Below, one piece after another: positions 25,412-35,375 of a stretch of DNA of 54,632 bases. The translations under genes and the position numbers were made by a program. The notes under the pieces are model-generated. The model was given only the letters and a program-made list of their open reading frames with translations. It searched no databases and was not told the DNA's origin. Every line of letters starts with the position of its first letter. Position 1 is the stretch's first letter. The DNA lies in assembly GCA_001789395.1 (NCBI GenBank), contig MFZK01000014.1:113130-167761 (forward strand), read 5' to 3'. This DNA is from Candidatus Roizmanbacteria bacterium RIFCSPHIGHO2_02_FULL_37_13b (GTDB taxonomy: Bacteria; Patescibacteriota; Microgenomatia; UBA1406; HO2-37-13b).

Positions 25412-26044
25412 ATGCCAAAGAAAATAGTTATTGTCCGGCATGGTAGGACGAAGTTCAATTATAAAGATCTGATGCAGGGGCAATTGCAGGTTTCATTAGA
25501 TTTGGTGGGAATCAAACAAGCACAAAGGACCGCCCATGAGTTAAAAGATCAAATATTTGATGCTCTATTATCTTCTGATTTACCAAGGACAATGCAAACT
25601 GCACAAAAAATTGCTGAAAAACTCAACATGGACATAATATCAGTTCCACAACTTAGAGAACGCGCTCTTGGAGTGCTTGAAGGTAAACATAAAAATGACG
25701 TCTTCAAACTTTTAGGGATTGATGAAAATCAAGAAGCTCATCATATTTGGTTGTTTCAGGAAAATAGCGATCTTCATGAAAAGTTTATGATTGAAAAACG
25801 TGATGATATGTATCGTCGCATCAAAACATTTGTAAGTGACATAAGGAAGCAGTATAAAAATAAACAATTACTAATTGTCAGTCATGGAGGAACAATTCGT
25901 GTCTTGCTTTACTTTCTTGGATTTAAAGACAAGGAATTTCTAAAAAAGCTACCGATAAAAAATGCAAGCATCATCGCTCTTAAAAAACAGGGTACGAAAT
26001 ATACAATAGAGCAATTATTAAAGAATCGGAAAAGTGGACTTTGA
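25412..26044 (+). CDS. histidine phosphatase family protein (phosphoglycerate mutase-like)
   Basis: Starts MPKKIVIVRHGRT (RHG motif) and contains a later SHGGTIR motif. The ORF-track start at 25178 lies inside secA and is rejected. Confidence 0.8.
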   Translation: MPKKIVIVRHGRTKFNYKDLMQGQLQVSLDLVGIKQAQRTAHELKDQIFDALLSSDLPRTMQTAQKIAEKLNMDIISVPQLRERALGVLEGKHKNDVFKLLGIDENQEAHHIWLFQENSDLHEKFMIEKRDDMYRRIKTFVSDIRKQYKNKQLLIVSHGGTIRVLLYFLGFKDKEFLKKLPIKNASIIALKKQGTKYTIEQLLKNRKSGL

Positions 26045-26090
26045 TCTTGATTAAAGGTAAAATATGCCCGGGGTAAAAAATTTCTAAATC

Positions 26091-26774
26091 ATGAGAATAC
26101 TACTAATTGAAGATGAAAAAAGACTATCTCATTTCATAAAAAAAGGACTAGTAGAAAGTGGTTTTGCTGTTGATGAGGCTCATGATGGTGAAGAGGGATT
26201 ATATTTGGCAAAAGAAGAGACTTACGATTTAATAATTTTAGACGTAATGTTACCAAAACTGTCAGGTATAGAAGTATGCAAAAAATTAAGGGAGATGAAA
26301 AAAGATACACCAATTCTTATGTTGACGGCACGCAGCGAATTAGATGACAAACTTGAAGGTTTAAATTCAGGGGCTGATGATTATCTGACAAAACCATTTG
26401 CTTTTGAAGAACTTAAAGCGCGTATTAATGCTCTGATTCGAAGAAGTTATCGTCAAGTATCAAACGCACTGATTCTTGCTGATCTTGACGTTGATCTGGT
26501 TAAACATATAGCTAAGCGAGCGGGAAAACCTATTAAACTAACTCCCAAAGAGTTTTCAATCCTTGAACTTCTTCTGCGTCGAAAACATGAGGTGGTGACA
26601 CGTACTCAGATAACGGAACATGTATGGGATTATAATTTTGAAAGTATGTCTAATGTTGTTGATGTCTTCATCGGCACACTTAGAAAAAAAATTGATAAGG
26701 GTTATAAAATTTCTCTTATACATACTCTTCATGGAGTTGGATATATGGCAACAGATAAAAAAAAGCAAAAATGA
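26091..26774 (+). CDS. OmpR/PhoB-family response regulator
   Basis: Has a receiver domain (ILLIEDE, phospho-acceptor Asp in LIILDVMLP, a conserved Lys further on) plus a winged-helix output domain (LTPKEFSILELLLRR...HTLHGVGY). Confidence 0.9.
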   Translation: MRILLIEDEKRLSHFIKKGLVESGFAVDEAHDGEEGLYLAKEETYDLIILDVMLPKLSGIEVCKKLREMKKDTPILMLTARSELDDKLEGLNSGADDYLTKPFAFEELKARINALIRRSYRQVSNALILADLDVDLVKHIAKRAGKPIKLTPKEFSILELLLRRKHEVVTRTQITEHVWDYNFESMSNVVDVFIGTLRKKIDKGYKISLIHTLHGVGYMATDKKKQK

Positions 26775-27766
26775 AAAAAAGCAATAGTCTTAAATTTAAA
26801 CTGTTTTTTTGGTACATTGTGAGTCTATTACTAGTTGGATTTTTTATCATCCTCACTGTCCATATATATCAATATAAGTACAGTGCATTTGTACTCAGCG
26901 TCGTATTTATAATACTTTCCGGAATAGGGTTTATTACTATATATAGAATTACCCGTTCACTGACTGATCTTTCTTCGCAAATGCGACAAATAACAAGTAA
27001 AAATCTTGATAAACGAATTTCTTCTCTTAAAAGCGATGATGAAATAGGAGAGCTGGGTAAAACATTCAATGATCTTCTTGATCGGCTTGATATAGCTTTT
27101 AAACGAGAGCGGCAGTTTATCGCTGACGTTGCCCACGAGATGAAAACGCCGATCGCTACATTACGTAGCAGCTTTGAGGTTACATTACAAAAGACACGAA
27201 CTAACGATGAATATAAAAAAATTATTAAAGACTCGATTACTGAAACAGATAGACTTACAACAACATTAAAAGATGTTCTTGATCTGGCATGGTCTGAGGT
27301 GCCTAATGAAAATTTAAGAGCAGTTTTTAACCTCTCAAGCTTAATTACCGAGCTATCCGAGATCGCTCAAAAACTTGCTGTAAAAAAACAAATTAATGTT
27401 AGCTACAGAATTACACCTGAAATTAAAATCAATGGCTTTAGGGAAAAACTTGGAAGGGCAATTCTGAATATTATTGATAATGCAATTAAATATTCACCCG
27501 AAAAAGGTATGGTTGAAATTAACTTATTTAAAAGAGACGATAAAGCAATCATAGCGATAAAAGATACAGGTTCTGGTATTAAAGAAAACGAAATAAATCA
27601 TATTTTTAACCGTTTTTATCGAGGTTCTAAATCCGATAAAGTGTTTGGAGCAGGTCTTGGACTAGCTATCGCTAAAGCGACTATAAATATTCATAAAGGA
27701 ATAATTGAGGTAAAGAGTAAAGCAAAAGAAGGAACAATGTTTGTTGTATATCTACCTGTTGAATAA
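26771..27766 (+). CDS. sensor histidine kinase with two TM helices separated by about 8 residues, plus HAMP, HisKA and HATPase domains
   Basis: H-box ADVAHEMKTPIA, N-box IIDNAIKYSP, and G-boxes DTGSGI and GAGLGLAI are present. The extracytoplasmic loop is only about HIYQYKYS. Confidence 0.9.
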   Translation: MKKSNSLKFKLFFWYIVSLLLVGFFIILTVHIYQYKYSAFVLSVVFIILSGIGFITIYRITRSLTDLSSQMRQITSKNLDKRISSLKSDDEIGELGKTFNDLLDRLDIAFKRERQFIADVAHEMKTPIATLRSSFEVTLQKTRTNDEYKKIIKDSITETDRLTTTLKDVLDLAWSEVPNENLRAVFNLSSLITELSEIAQKLAVKKQINVSYRITPEIKINGFREKLGRAILNIIDNAIKYSPEKGMVEINLFKRDDKAIIAIKDTGSGIKENEINHIFNRFYRGSKSDKVFGAGLGLAIAKATINIHKGIIEVKSKAKEGTMFVVYLPVE

Positions 27767-27771
27767 TTTAT

Positions 27772-27793
27772 CTTCATAATTTCTTCACATTCT
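27772..27793 (+). promoter_or_regulatory. 11-bp-periodic direct repeat (candidate response-regulator box) upstream of the copper genes
   Basis: CTTCATAATTT and CTTCACATTCT share 8 of 11 positions and are head-to-tail. A possible -10 (TATGAT, 27812-27817) lies 17 nt after a poor -35 that overlaps the second repeat. Confidence 0.3.
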
Positions 27794-27844
27794 ATTTGGT
27801 ATTGTAAGAGTTATGATTAACAATTATCAATCAAAAAAGACAAT

Positions 27845-29650
27845 ATGGATACTAAATCTATTCCTATAAAAGGTATGCACTGTCGATCATGCGAGATTTT
27901 AATTGAAGATGAATTAATGAAAATACATTGTGTTAAAAAAGTCATCGTGAGTGAAAAAAGAGGCGTTGCAGAAATATATTATCAAGGAAATTTTGAATAT
28001 GAAAAAATAGAGAGAGCAGTTTCTGATGCAGGATATATAATAGGTGTAAAAGACCAAAAACCTCTTTTTTCAAAAAATGTTCAAGATTATAAAGATCTTG
28101 GACTCGCTTTTTTAATAATAGTTTTTTTTTATTTAGTTGGAACTGAACTCGGGATATTTAATATATCGCTTACAGCAGGAGGAAATTATGGTAGTCTTCC
28201 TATTGTTTTTCTTGTTGGCCTTACGGCAGGAGTATCAACATGTATGGCACTTGTTGGAGGATTGGTTTTGGCAGCGTCATCACGTTTTGCTGAAAAACAC
28301 CCTCAAGCGACGACCATTGCAAAATTCAAACCTCATATCTTTTTTAATGCGGGTAGAATTATTTCATTCTTTGTATTGGGAGGAATTATAGGGTATGCAG
28401 GCTCATTTTTTCAGTTTTCTACAGCAGCATTAGGACTACTTACTATTGCGGTTGGAGGAGTTATGATCCTTATGGGATTACAGTTAATAGAAATTTTTCC
28501 CCGTTTAAGCGGATTACAATTTACTCTTCCAAAGGGAATCAGTAGAGTATTTGGAATTAAAAAACAATCACAAAAAGAATACAGTCACAAAAATTCTCTA
28601 ATTTTAGGAGCATCAACTTTCTTTTTACCTTGTGGATTTACACAAGCCATGCAACTTTTTGCAATAAGTAGCGGCAGTCCGATAACAGGTGCTCTTACCA
28701 TGGGCATTTTTGCTTTAGGAACGACACCGGGACTTCTTGGAATTGGGGGACTTACTTCAGTTGTTTCCGGTGCTTACACAAAACCATTTTTTAAATTTGC
28801 CGGACTGGTGGTTATATTTATGGCATTATTTAATATTTCAAATGGCTTGAATTTAAGCGGTATTGATGTTAATGCACTTGTAAGTTCCAAAGACACAACA
28901 GTTTCTGGAAGTGACCCAAATGTCACCTTACAAGATAATATACAGATCGTAAAAATGACCCAGACTGGAAGTGGATATTCTCCGAATTCGTTTACTATTA
29001 AAAAAGGGATCCCGGTTAAATGGATCATAACATCAGAGGACCCGTTTACATGTGCAGCAAGTATTTTGTCTTCAAAATTAGGAATCCGAAAAAATCTTGT
29101 AGCGGGAGAAAATATTATTGAATTTACTCCTAAAGAGGAAGGACAGATACGATTTACATGTAGTATGGGGATGTATAGTGGAGTATTTAATGTTGTTGAA
29201 GGTGATGGTAGTTCAACTACAACAAATCGGCAGGTTATTAATACTGCAACAGCCCAAAACGTTGTGAGTTCCTGCGGTTTAGGAGGTGGTGGTTGTGGAT
29301 GTGGTGCAAAACCTCAAATACAAGCACAACTTGATGCTGACAAAACACCACCAGAAGAAGCAGTCCAAGATGGAGCGCTTCAAGTTATTAAAGCCAGCTA
29401 TTCTGTTGCGGAAGATGTTGTGCCAAATAAATTCACTGTTAAGGCAGGAATTCCGGTGCGATTTGATATTGAAGCAAAAGAAGATGGCCAGGGTTGCATG
29501 GGAAGCATTATGATACCCAATCTTGATAATACGGCTCAGGGATTTGAAAAAGGAAAAGTAACATCTCTGGTCTTTACCCCTCAAAAACCAGGTTCATACA
29601 CGATTACATGTGCTATGGGTGTTCCTAGAGGAACAATTCTTGTTAACTAA
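27845..29650 (+). CDS. fusion protein: HMA metal-binding domain + polytopic membrane domain + two cupredoxin-like domains
   Basis: The N-terminal HMA domain has GMHCRSCE. It is followed by about 6-7 hydrophobic helices (TauE/SafE- or CcdA/DsbD-like). Two C-terminal beta domains end in FTCSMGMYSGVFNV and ITCAMGVPRGTILV. They are joined by a Cys/Gly linker, SSCGLGGGGCGCG. Confidence 0.7.
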   Translation: MDTKSIPIKGMHCRSCEILIEDELMKIHCVKKVIVSEKRGVAEIYYQGNFEYEKIERAVSDAGYIIGVKDQKPLFSKNVQDYKDLGLAFLIIVFFYLVGTELGIFNISLTAGGNYGSLPIVFLVGLTAGVSTCMALVGGLVLAASSRFAEKHPQATTIAKFKPHIFFNAGRIISFFVLGGIIGYAGSFFQFSTAALGLLTIAVGGVMILMGLQLIEIFPRLSGLQFTLPKGISRVFGIKKQSQKEYSHKNSLILGASTFFLPCGFTQAMQLFAISSGSPITGALTMGIFALGTTPGLLGIGGLTSVVSGAYTKPFFKFAGLVVIFMALFNISNGLNLSGIDVNALVSSKDTTVSGSDPNVTLQDNIQIVKMTQTGSGYSPNSFTIKKGIPVKWIITSEDPFTCAASILSSKLGIRKNLVAGENIIEFTPKEEGQIRFTCSMGMYSGVFNVVEGDGSSTTTNRQVINTATAQNVVSSCGLGGGGCGCGAKPQIQAQLDADKTPPEEAVQDGALQVIKASYSVAEDVVPNKFTVKAGIPVRFDIEAKEDGQGCMGSIMIPNLDNTAQGFEKGKVTSLVFTPQKPGSYTITCAMGVPRGTILVN

Positions 29651-29665
29651 ATTTAAAAAAATAAT

Positions 29666-29884
29666 ATGTTACAAACAACAAATATGCAATTATCGGGATT
29701 AACATGCAGCGCGTGCGAAAAAGTGATTACTAAAAGATTAAAAACTATTACAGATGTGCAAGAGGTAGAAGTACAAGTGCAAAAAGGCACTGCGTCCATT
29801 ATTGCTTCTCGTTCAATTGGAATTGACGAAGTTTCCCAAGCTTTAATTGGAACTCATTATAAAGTTGTTGATAATAATTTATAA
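29666..29884 (+). CDS. copZ: CopZ-like copper chaperone (single HMA domain)
   Basis: 72 aa with the GLTCSACE metal-binding motif. Confidence 0.85.
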   Translation: MLQTTNMQLSGLTCSACEKVITKRLKTITDVQEVEVQVQKGTASIIASRSIGIDEVSQALIGTHYKVVDNNL

Positions 29885-29895
29885 AATATTTTAAC

Positions 29896-32805
29896 ATGAA
29901 AAAAAATATATCTTTTTCTGTAACCGGAATGCACTGTGAATCTTGTGAACTGTTGATTAAAGATGAATTAACATCAATATCAGGAGTCACTAATGCTATT
30001 GTGGATCATAAAACTGGACAAGGATCAGTAATTATTGATGATGAAAAAGTTAATCATAATGATATTATTGGTGCAATTACAAGAGCTGGATACACAGGAG
30101 TAATTAACAACATTGAAGATACACAAATTGAAAAAGATACCGTAGAGTTAGTCAAAAAAGATGCTAAATCGGGGGATCCTATGCGTGTACTTTTTCAAGC
30201 ACATATGACAGCAGATGGAGAGGTTACGGAAAATGAAAATGGGAAGTTATCTTTCCAAGGGAAAGTCGACAATAAAAAAAAAGTAGAGGTTGTTATTCCG
30301 AAAGGAAAAGAAGTTGAAGCTGAAGATTACATCCATCGCTTTGTGAAGTCTCAAAACTTTATTCACCTTTTAGATGGAGTTAATGGTTCTCATGAAGAAT
30401 CTGTGCAAACACAACAAATTCTTTCTCCTATGCAAAATACTCCGGAAATGAAAAATTCAAATGGATCAAAGCGAGTTAGTTTGTCACTTTCAGGTATGCA
30501 TTGCACCTCTTGTGCTCTCATTATCGAGAAATCACTTAACAAGGTATCGGGAGTGAAGGAAGCACGTGTCAATTTTACTGCTGAAAAAGCATTAATAGAT
30601 TACGATGAATCTATTATAAAAGTAGAAGTACTTGTTGAAGCCGTTAAAAAAACAGGATATTCAGCTACCGTGCTAAATGATAAAAATACTGAGTATGAAG
30701 CAAAGAAAAGAAAGCAAGAGACTGAAGCTTTATATACTAAATTTATAGTAGGTTTACTCTTTAGTCTCCCGATGATATATTTTATGCTATTTGATTTTTT
30801 CTCATGGATTCCGGGAAGAGTCTCTTTTCTTCCCTTTGTTGGAATCATTTCCCTTATCCTAACAACTCCGGTCCAATTTATCATTGGTCGCGGGTTTTAT
30901 AAAGGAATGTGGTCTGCACTTCGTATGAATACGTTTAATATGGACAGTCTCATAGCAATTGGGACATCTGTAGCATATTTTTATAGTTTAATAAATTATA
31001 TTTTTTATTATCTAAATACTAACTCACTCATAGGTATAGGAGGAGAAAAAATACCTGAGCTATATTTTGAAACAGCAGCATATCTTATTACCTTTGTGAT
31101 TTTGGGTAAGTGGTTAGAGGCGCAAGCCAAGGGACGTACATCAGACGCAATAAAAAAACTAATGGGTTTACAAGCGAAAACAGCTCGCGTTATTCGAAAC
31201 GGCATAACTACTGATATCTCCATTGATCAGGTGATAAATGGAGATATCATTCTTGTTCGACCAGGTGAAAAAGTCCCGGTTGATGGAGTGATTATAAAAG
31301 GATTTTCTGCAGTTGATGAATCCATGATTACCGGTGAGAGTTTGCCTGTTGAGAAGCAGGTCTCAGATACCGTAGTCGGAGGGACCATGAATAAAATGGG
31401 AAGTTTTGAATTTAATGTAACTCGAGTTGGAGCAGAGACATTTCTTTCGCAAATTATCCGACTTGTTGAAGAAGCGCAAGGATCTAAAGCTCCTATTCAG
31501 GATTTCGCCGACAAGATTTCCGCATATTTCGTTCCGACTGTTATCGGGATCGCCGTTCTGACATTTATTATTTGGTATTTTGTGCTAGGAGCTACTCTAA
31601 GCTTTGCTCTGATGGCCTTTACTGCGGTTATTGTTATTGCCTGTCCGTGCGCATTGGGCTTGGCTACTCCAACAGCAATTATGGTTGGGACGGGAAAAGG
31701 AGCGGAATATGGGATTTTAGTTAAAGGAGGGGAACCTCTTGAGGCAGCGTGTAAAATCAATGCGATTATTTTTGACAAAACAGGAACATTAACCAATGGA
31801 AAACCTATTGTTACTGATATTGAAAGCGTAAGAGATATGGATGAGGATGAAGTATTAACTATTGCTGCATCTTTGGAGAAACAATCAGAACATTCTCTTG
31901 CTGAAGCTATTTATAATGAAGCTGAAAAGGAAAAAATTTCCCTGAAGGATGTCGAAGAATTTAAAGCATTTGCCGGACACGGAGTGAGCGGGAATATCGA
32001 TGCGACGACATACTATTTTGGTAACAGAAAACTAATAGGTGATATTGTTGGGTTGCCGGTTGAAAAAATTAATAGAAAAATGAATCGGATTGAAGAGCAA
32101 GGTAAAACAGTGATGATTCTTGCCAATAAAAATGAAATACTGGGACTTATCGGAGTTGCCGATACCGTCAAGGACACATCAAAAGAAGCAGTGGAGAGGT
32201 TAAAAAAAATGGGTATCAGCGTGTATATGATTACCGGTGATAATGAAAAAACAGCAAAAGCAATTGCCTCTCAAGTCGGGATCGAAAATGTTTTCGCTGA
32301 AGTATTGCCCGAAGAAAAAGCGATAAATATCAAATTGCTGCAGGAAAAGAAAATGAAAGTTGCAATGGTTGGAGACGGTATTAATGATGCGCCGGCTCTT
32401 GCCCAAGCAGATTTGGGGATTGCCATGGGATCAGGGACTGATGTAGCTATGGAAGCTGGTGGTATTGTCATCATAAAGAATGATTTAAGAGATGTCGCAG
32501 ATGCTATCGATCTATCAAAAACAACGATGAATAAGATAAAGCAAAATATGTTCTTTGCTCTATTTTATAACATTATGGGTATTCCTGTTGCTGCACGTAT
32601 GTTTGCCGGAATTGGTATTATATTAAAACCAGAGCTTGCCGGATTGGCTATGGCGCTGAGTTCCGTATCTGTGGTGGGTAATTCATTATTATTACGAAAC
32701 TATAGTCCGGGTAAAAAAAACTATTTATCTGCCATTGCACCAATTGTAATGGCCGTAGCTTTCGCTATTATCTTTTTTCAATTCGCTAAGTTTAGTGCGA
32801 TGTGA
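29896..32805 (+). CDS. copA: copper-translocating P1B-type ATPase
   Basis: Has two HMA domains ([16 protein letters not shown]), TM CPC motif ([11 protein letters not shown]), DKTGTLT, TGES and GDGINDAP. Confidence 0.95.
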   Translation: MKKNISFSVTGMHCESCELLIKDELTSISGVTNAIVDHKTGQGSVIIDDEKVNHNDIIGAITRAGYTGVINNIEDTQIEKDTVELVKKDAKSGDPMRVLFQAHMTADGEVTENENGKLSFQGKVDNKKKVEVVIPKGKEVEAEDYIHRFVKSQNFIHLLDGVNGSHEESVQTQQILSPMQNTPEMKNSNGSKRVSLSLSGMHCTSCALIIEKSLNKVSGVKEARVNFTAEKALIDYDESIIKVEVLVEAVKKTGYSATVLNDKNTEYEAKKRKQETEALYTKFIVGLLFSLPMIYFMLFDFFSWIPGRVSFLPFVGIISLILTTPVQFIIGRGFYKGMWSALRMNTFNMDSLIAIGTSVAYFYSLINYIFYYLNTNSLIGIGGEKIPELYFETAAYLITFVILGKWLEAQAKGRTSDAIKKLMGLQAKTARVIRNGITTDISIDQVINGDIILVRPGEKVPVDGVIIKGFSAVDESMITGESLPVEKQVSDTVVGGTMNKMGSFEFNVTRVGAETFLSQIIRLVEEAQGSKAPIQDFADKISAYFVPTVIGIAVLTFIIWYFVLGATLSFALMAFTAVIVIACPCALGLATPTAIMVGTGKGAEYGILVKGGEPLEAACKINAIIFDKTGTLTNGKPIVTDIESVRDMDEDEVLTIAASLEKQSEHSLAEAIYNEAEKEKISLKDVEEFKAFAGHGVSGNIDATTYYFGNRKLIGDIVGLPVEKINRKMNRIEEQGKTVMILANKNEILGLIGVADTVKDTSKEAVERLKKMGISVYMITGDNEKTAKAIASQVGIENVFAEVLPEEKAINIKLLQEKKMKVAMVGDGINDAPALAQADLGIAMGSGTDVAMEAGGIVIIKNDLRDVADAIDLSKTTMNKIKQNMFFALFYNIMGIPVAARMFAGIGIILKPELAGLAMALSSVSVVGNSLLLRNYSPGKKNYLSAIAPIVMAVAFAIIFFQFAKFSAM

Positions 32806-34038
32806 TCAATTCCCGTAGAGTGGTTCTTTTCCAACTATATTATCAATGAAACGCATCAGATGGCGTCCATCAATATGTCCTAATCCTCCTCGTTGTGCCG
32901 ATCGTTCTCCCATTTTAGAGACATCATCAACTCTTACATCGGCGCCGGCTACCAAAAGAGGCACTTCATCGGCAGTGTGACTTTTAAGACGGCACGAAGT
33001 TGAATGATCACCGGTGACGACGCAAATGGCCTGATTCCTATAGACAAGTTTGACAATTGGTGATAATTCTTGATCAACTTTTTCAATATACTGTTTTTTA
33101 CCGATATAATCACCATCCTCAGAACATGTATCAGCTCCCTTAAAATGGATGAAGAAGAAATCAAATTTATCTAAATTATCAATTAAGGTCCTAATTTTGT
33201 TTTTGGCGCTTGTATTTGTTTTACCGGTAGCTCCGCTAACCTTAAGGACTGTCATACCTATAATTTTTGCAATGCCTTTATAAAGTCCTCCGCCGGCTAT
33301 GCAACAAGCGTTAAAATCATACTTTTCTTTAAATGAAGGAAAATGAGTCATTTTGCCTGCTCCTCTAAGAAGAAGGCAGTTTGCTTCAGGTAATTTATCG
33401 TACTTCCTTTTTTTGTTCACTTGATGATGTGAAAATATATCATTGGCTTTTTTGGTTAATTTATTAACAATTTTAGCGGTCTTAACTGACTTAGGATTTT
33501 CTCCTAGGGGAGTTGAAATTAATATTTTAGATTCCAGATGATGAGGATCAGTGTCTGTAATTTCGTCTGACAAGTCACCTCCATGTAAAACTACAGCGAT
33601 GCGATGACCGATACCTGCTTTTGCATTAACCGTGACGTCATCGATTTTTAAATTGTTAATTGATTGTGCTAGTCCCTCGACAGAATCGATACGCCCGGCA
33701 CGACGATCAATAATTATTCCCTTATCATCTATCGTTGCGACATTACCCCGAAAGGCTATATCGCCTTCATTTAACTGCATGCCAACGCCAGCTGCCTCAA
33801 AAGGGCCTCGTCCCCGGTAATATTTTCTTGGATCATAACCAAAAAGCGATAGATGTGAAACGTCGCTGCCCGGTCTGATACTTCTTTCAATTGTGTGTAT
33901 CAAACCATTAATACCGACTGCTGCCATGGCATCAAGATTGGGTGTGTTTGCGGATTCAAGAGGTGTCAAGTTGTTTAGTTGAGGAATTGGCCGATCGCCA
34001 AGACCGTCAAAGACGATAAAGATGATTTTATGGACCAT
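32806..34038 (-). CDS. apgM: cofactor-independent phosphoglycerate mutase, archaeal type (ApgM)
   Basis: 410 aa with the N-terminal IFIVFDGLGDRP motif and the C-terminal TGDHST and HTADEVP motifs of the ApgM/alkaline phosphatase superfamily. Confidence 0.88.
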   Translation of the reverse strand: MVHKIIFIVFDGLGDRPIPQLNNLTPLESANTPNLDAMAAVGINGLIHTIERSIRPGSDVSHLSLFGYDPRKYYRGRGPFEAAGVGMQLNEGDIAFRGNVATIDDKGIIIDRRAGRIDSVEGLAQSINNLKIDDVTVNAKAGIGHRIAVVLHGGDLSDEITDTDPHHLESKILISTPLGENPKSVKTAKIVNKLTKKANDIFSHHQVNKKRKYDKLPEANCLLLRGAGKMTHFPSFKEKYDFNACCIAGGGLYKGIAKIIGMTVLKVSGATGKTNTSAKNKIRTLIDNLDKFDFFFIHFKGADTCSEDGDYIGKKQYIEKVDQELSPIVKLVYRNQAICVVTGDHSTSCRLKSHTADEVPLLVAGADVRVDDVSKMGERSAQRGGLGHIDGRHLMRFIDNIVGKEPLYGN

Positions 34039-34046
34039 GATTGATT

Positions 34047-34104
34047 GTCATGCTGAACTTGTTTCAGCATCTAAAATGAGATCCTGAAATAAATTCAGGA
34101 TGAC
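34047..34104. repeat. 58-nt double-hairpin element with GTCAT...ATGAC termini, between eno and apgM
   Basis: GTC-ATGCTGAA-cttgt-TTCAGCAT-C, a 9-nt spacer, then ATCCTGAA-ataaa-TTCAGGAT-GAC. Its length and architecture are identical to 17085-17142, but the stem sequences differ. Confidence 0.6.
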
Positions 34105-35351
34105 TAATGATTAACTTCAATTGCTTCAATTTCTAATAATCGATTGTATTTAGCGATGCGTTCAGATCGACTCATTGAACCCGTTTTTATAAAATCAGCT
34201 CCGCATCCGTAAGCCAAATCCGCAATAAACGAATCTTCGGTTTCACCTGACCTATGTGATATAAAAACTTGTAGAGAATGCTGTTGAGCCAGTCTTATTG
34301 CTTCGACCGTCTCAAAAAGACTTCCAATCTGATTTACTTTAATTAAGACTGCCGTGGTCGTCTTTTCCTTGATGCCCCTTTTAATTCTTTTTGGATTAGT
34401 ACAATATAGATCATCTCCGATGACGATCCCGTTATTTTTTAAATCATGAGTAAATTTTGCAAAACTGATCCAATCATCTTCAGCAAAGGCATCTTCAAAA
34501 TATCTGACTCCATATTTGGTATTAAGTTTCATATAATATTCAATCAGTTGATCTGGCGATAATTTTTTATTATTTTTCTTTAGAGTATATTCTGAATTGT
34601 TATAGAATTCACTTGCTGCCGCATCAATACCAAGGTTAATGTCTTGTTTTGAATAACCGGCTGTTTGTATTGCACATAATAAATATTCAAATACTTCATC
34701 ATTTGAGTTTAATGCCGGAGAGTAACCACCTTCGTCTCCTACTAAAATTGACAAATTCTTTTCTTTTAATTTTTTGGCTAAATGATGAAAAATTTCAGAT
34801 GAAATTCGTACCGATTCAGAGGGAAGATTATTAACAGGTGAAATTACAAATTCCTGTATGTCGAAGTTCCAATCTGCATGTTTTCCACCATTGACTACAT
34901 TAACAAAAAGACGAGGAAATCCAGGTTTCACAGAGGTAAAATAATACTCATTAATGATTTTCCAGAGTGGTTTCTTAGAAAAAAATGCTAACGTTCTTGC
35001 AGTGGCTAAAGAAACTGACAAAATTGCATTAGCGCCAAGATTTGTCTTATTTTCCGTACCATCGAGTCCAATCATTATTAAATCTATATCTTGTATATTT
35101 TCGATTGAAGCCCCAGTTAATTTTTTAGAGATATTACTATTAACATTTTCAATTGCTTTTAAGACACCTTTGCCTAAATATCTTTTTTTGTTATCATCAC
35201 GAAGTTCGGCTGCCTCATGGGTTCCAGTTGAGGCGCCTGAGGGGATGCAGGCTGAACCCGTGAGTCCATTTTCAAGCTCAACGAAAGATTTGATAGTCGG
35301 ATTGCCACGAGAATCAAGGATTTCGATTGCTTTGATTCGTTTTATTTTCAC
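34104..35351 (-). CDS. eno: enolase
   Basis: 415 aa. IEILDSRGNPT is present at the N-terminus, and SHRSGETED and IKTGSMSRSERIAKYN are also present. Confidence 0.95.
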   Translation of the reverse strand: MKIKRIKAIEILDSRGNPTIKSFVELENGLTGSACIPSGASTGTHEAAELRDDNKKRYLGKGVLKAIENVNSNISKKLTGASIENIQDIDLIMIGLDGTENKTNLGANAILSVSLATARTLAFFSKKPLWKIINEYYFTSVKPGFPRLFVNVVNGGKHADWNFDIQEFVISPVNNLPSESVRISSEIFHHLAKKLKEKNLSILVGDEGGYSPALNSNDEVFEYLLCAIQTAGYSKQDINLGIDAAASEFYNNSEYTLKKNNKKLSPDQLIEYYMKLNTKYGVRYFEDAFAEDDWISFAKFTHDLKNNGIVIGDDLYCTNPKRIKRGIKEKTTTAVLIKVNQIGSLFETVEAIRLAQQHSLQVFISHRSGETEDSFIADLAYGCGADFIKTGSMSRSERIAKYNRLLEIEAIEVNH

Positions 35352-35375
35352 TTTAAGATAGTTTCAATTAATTAA

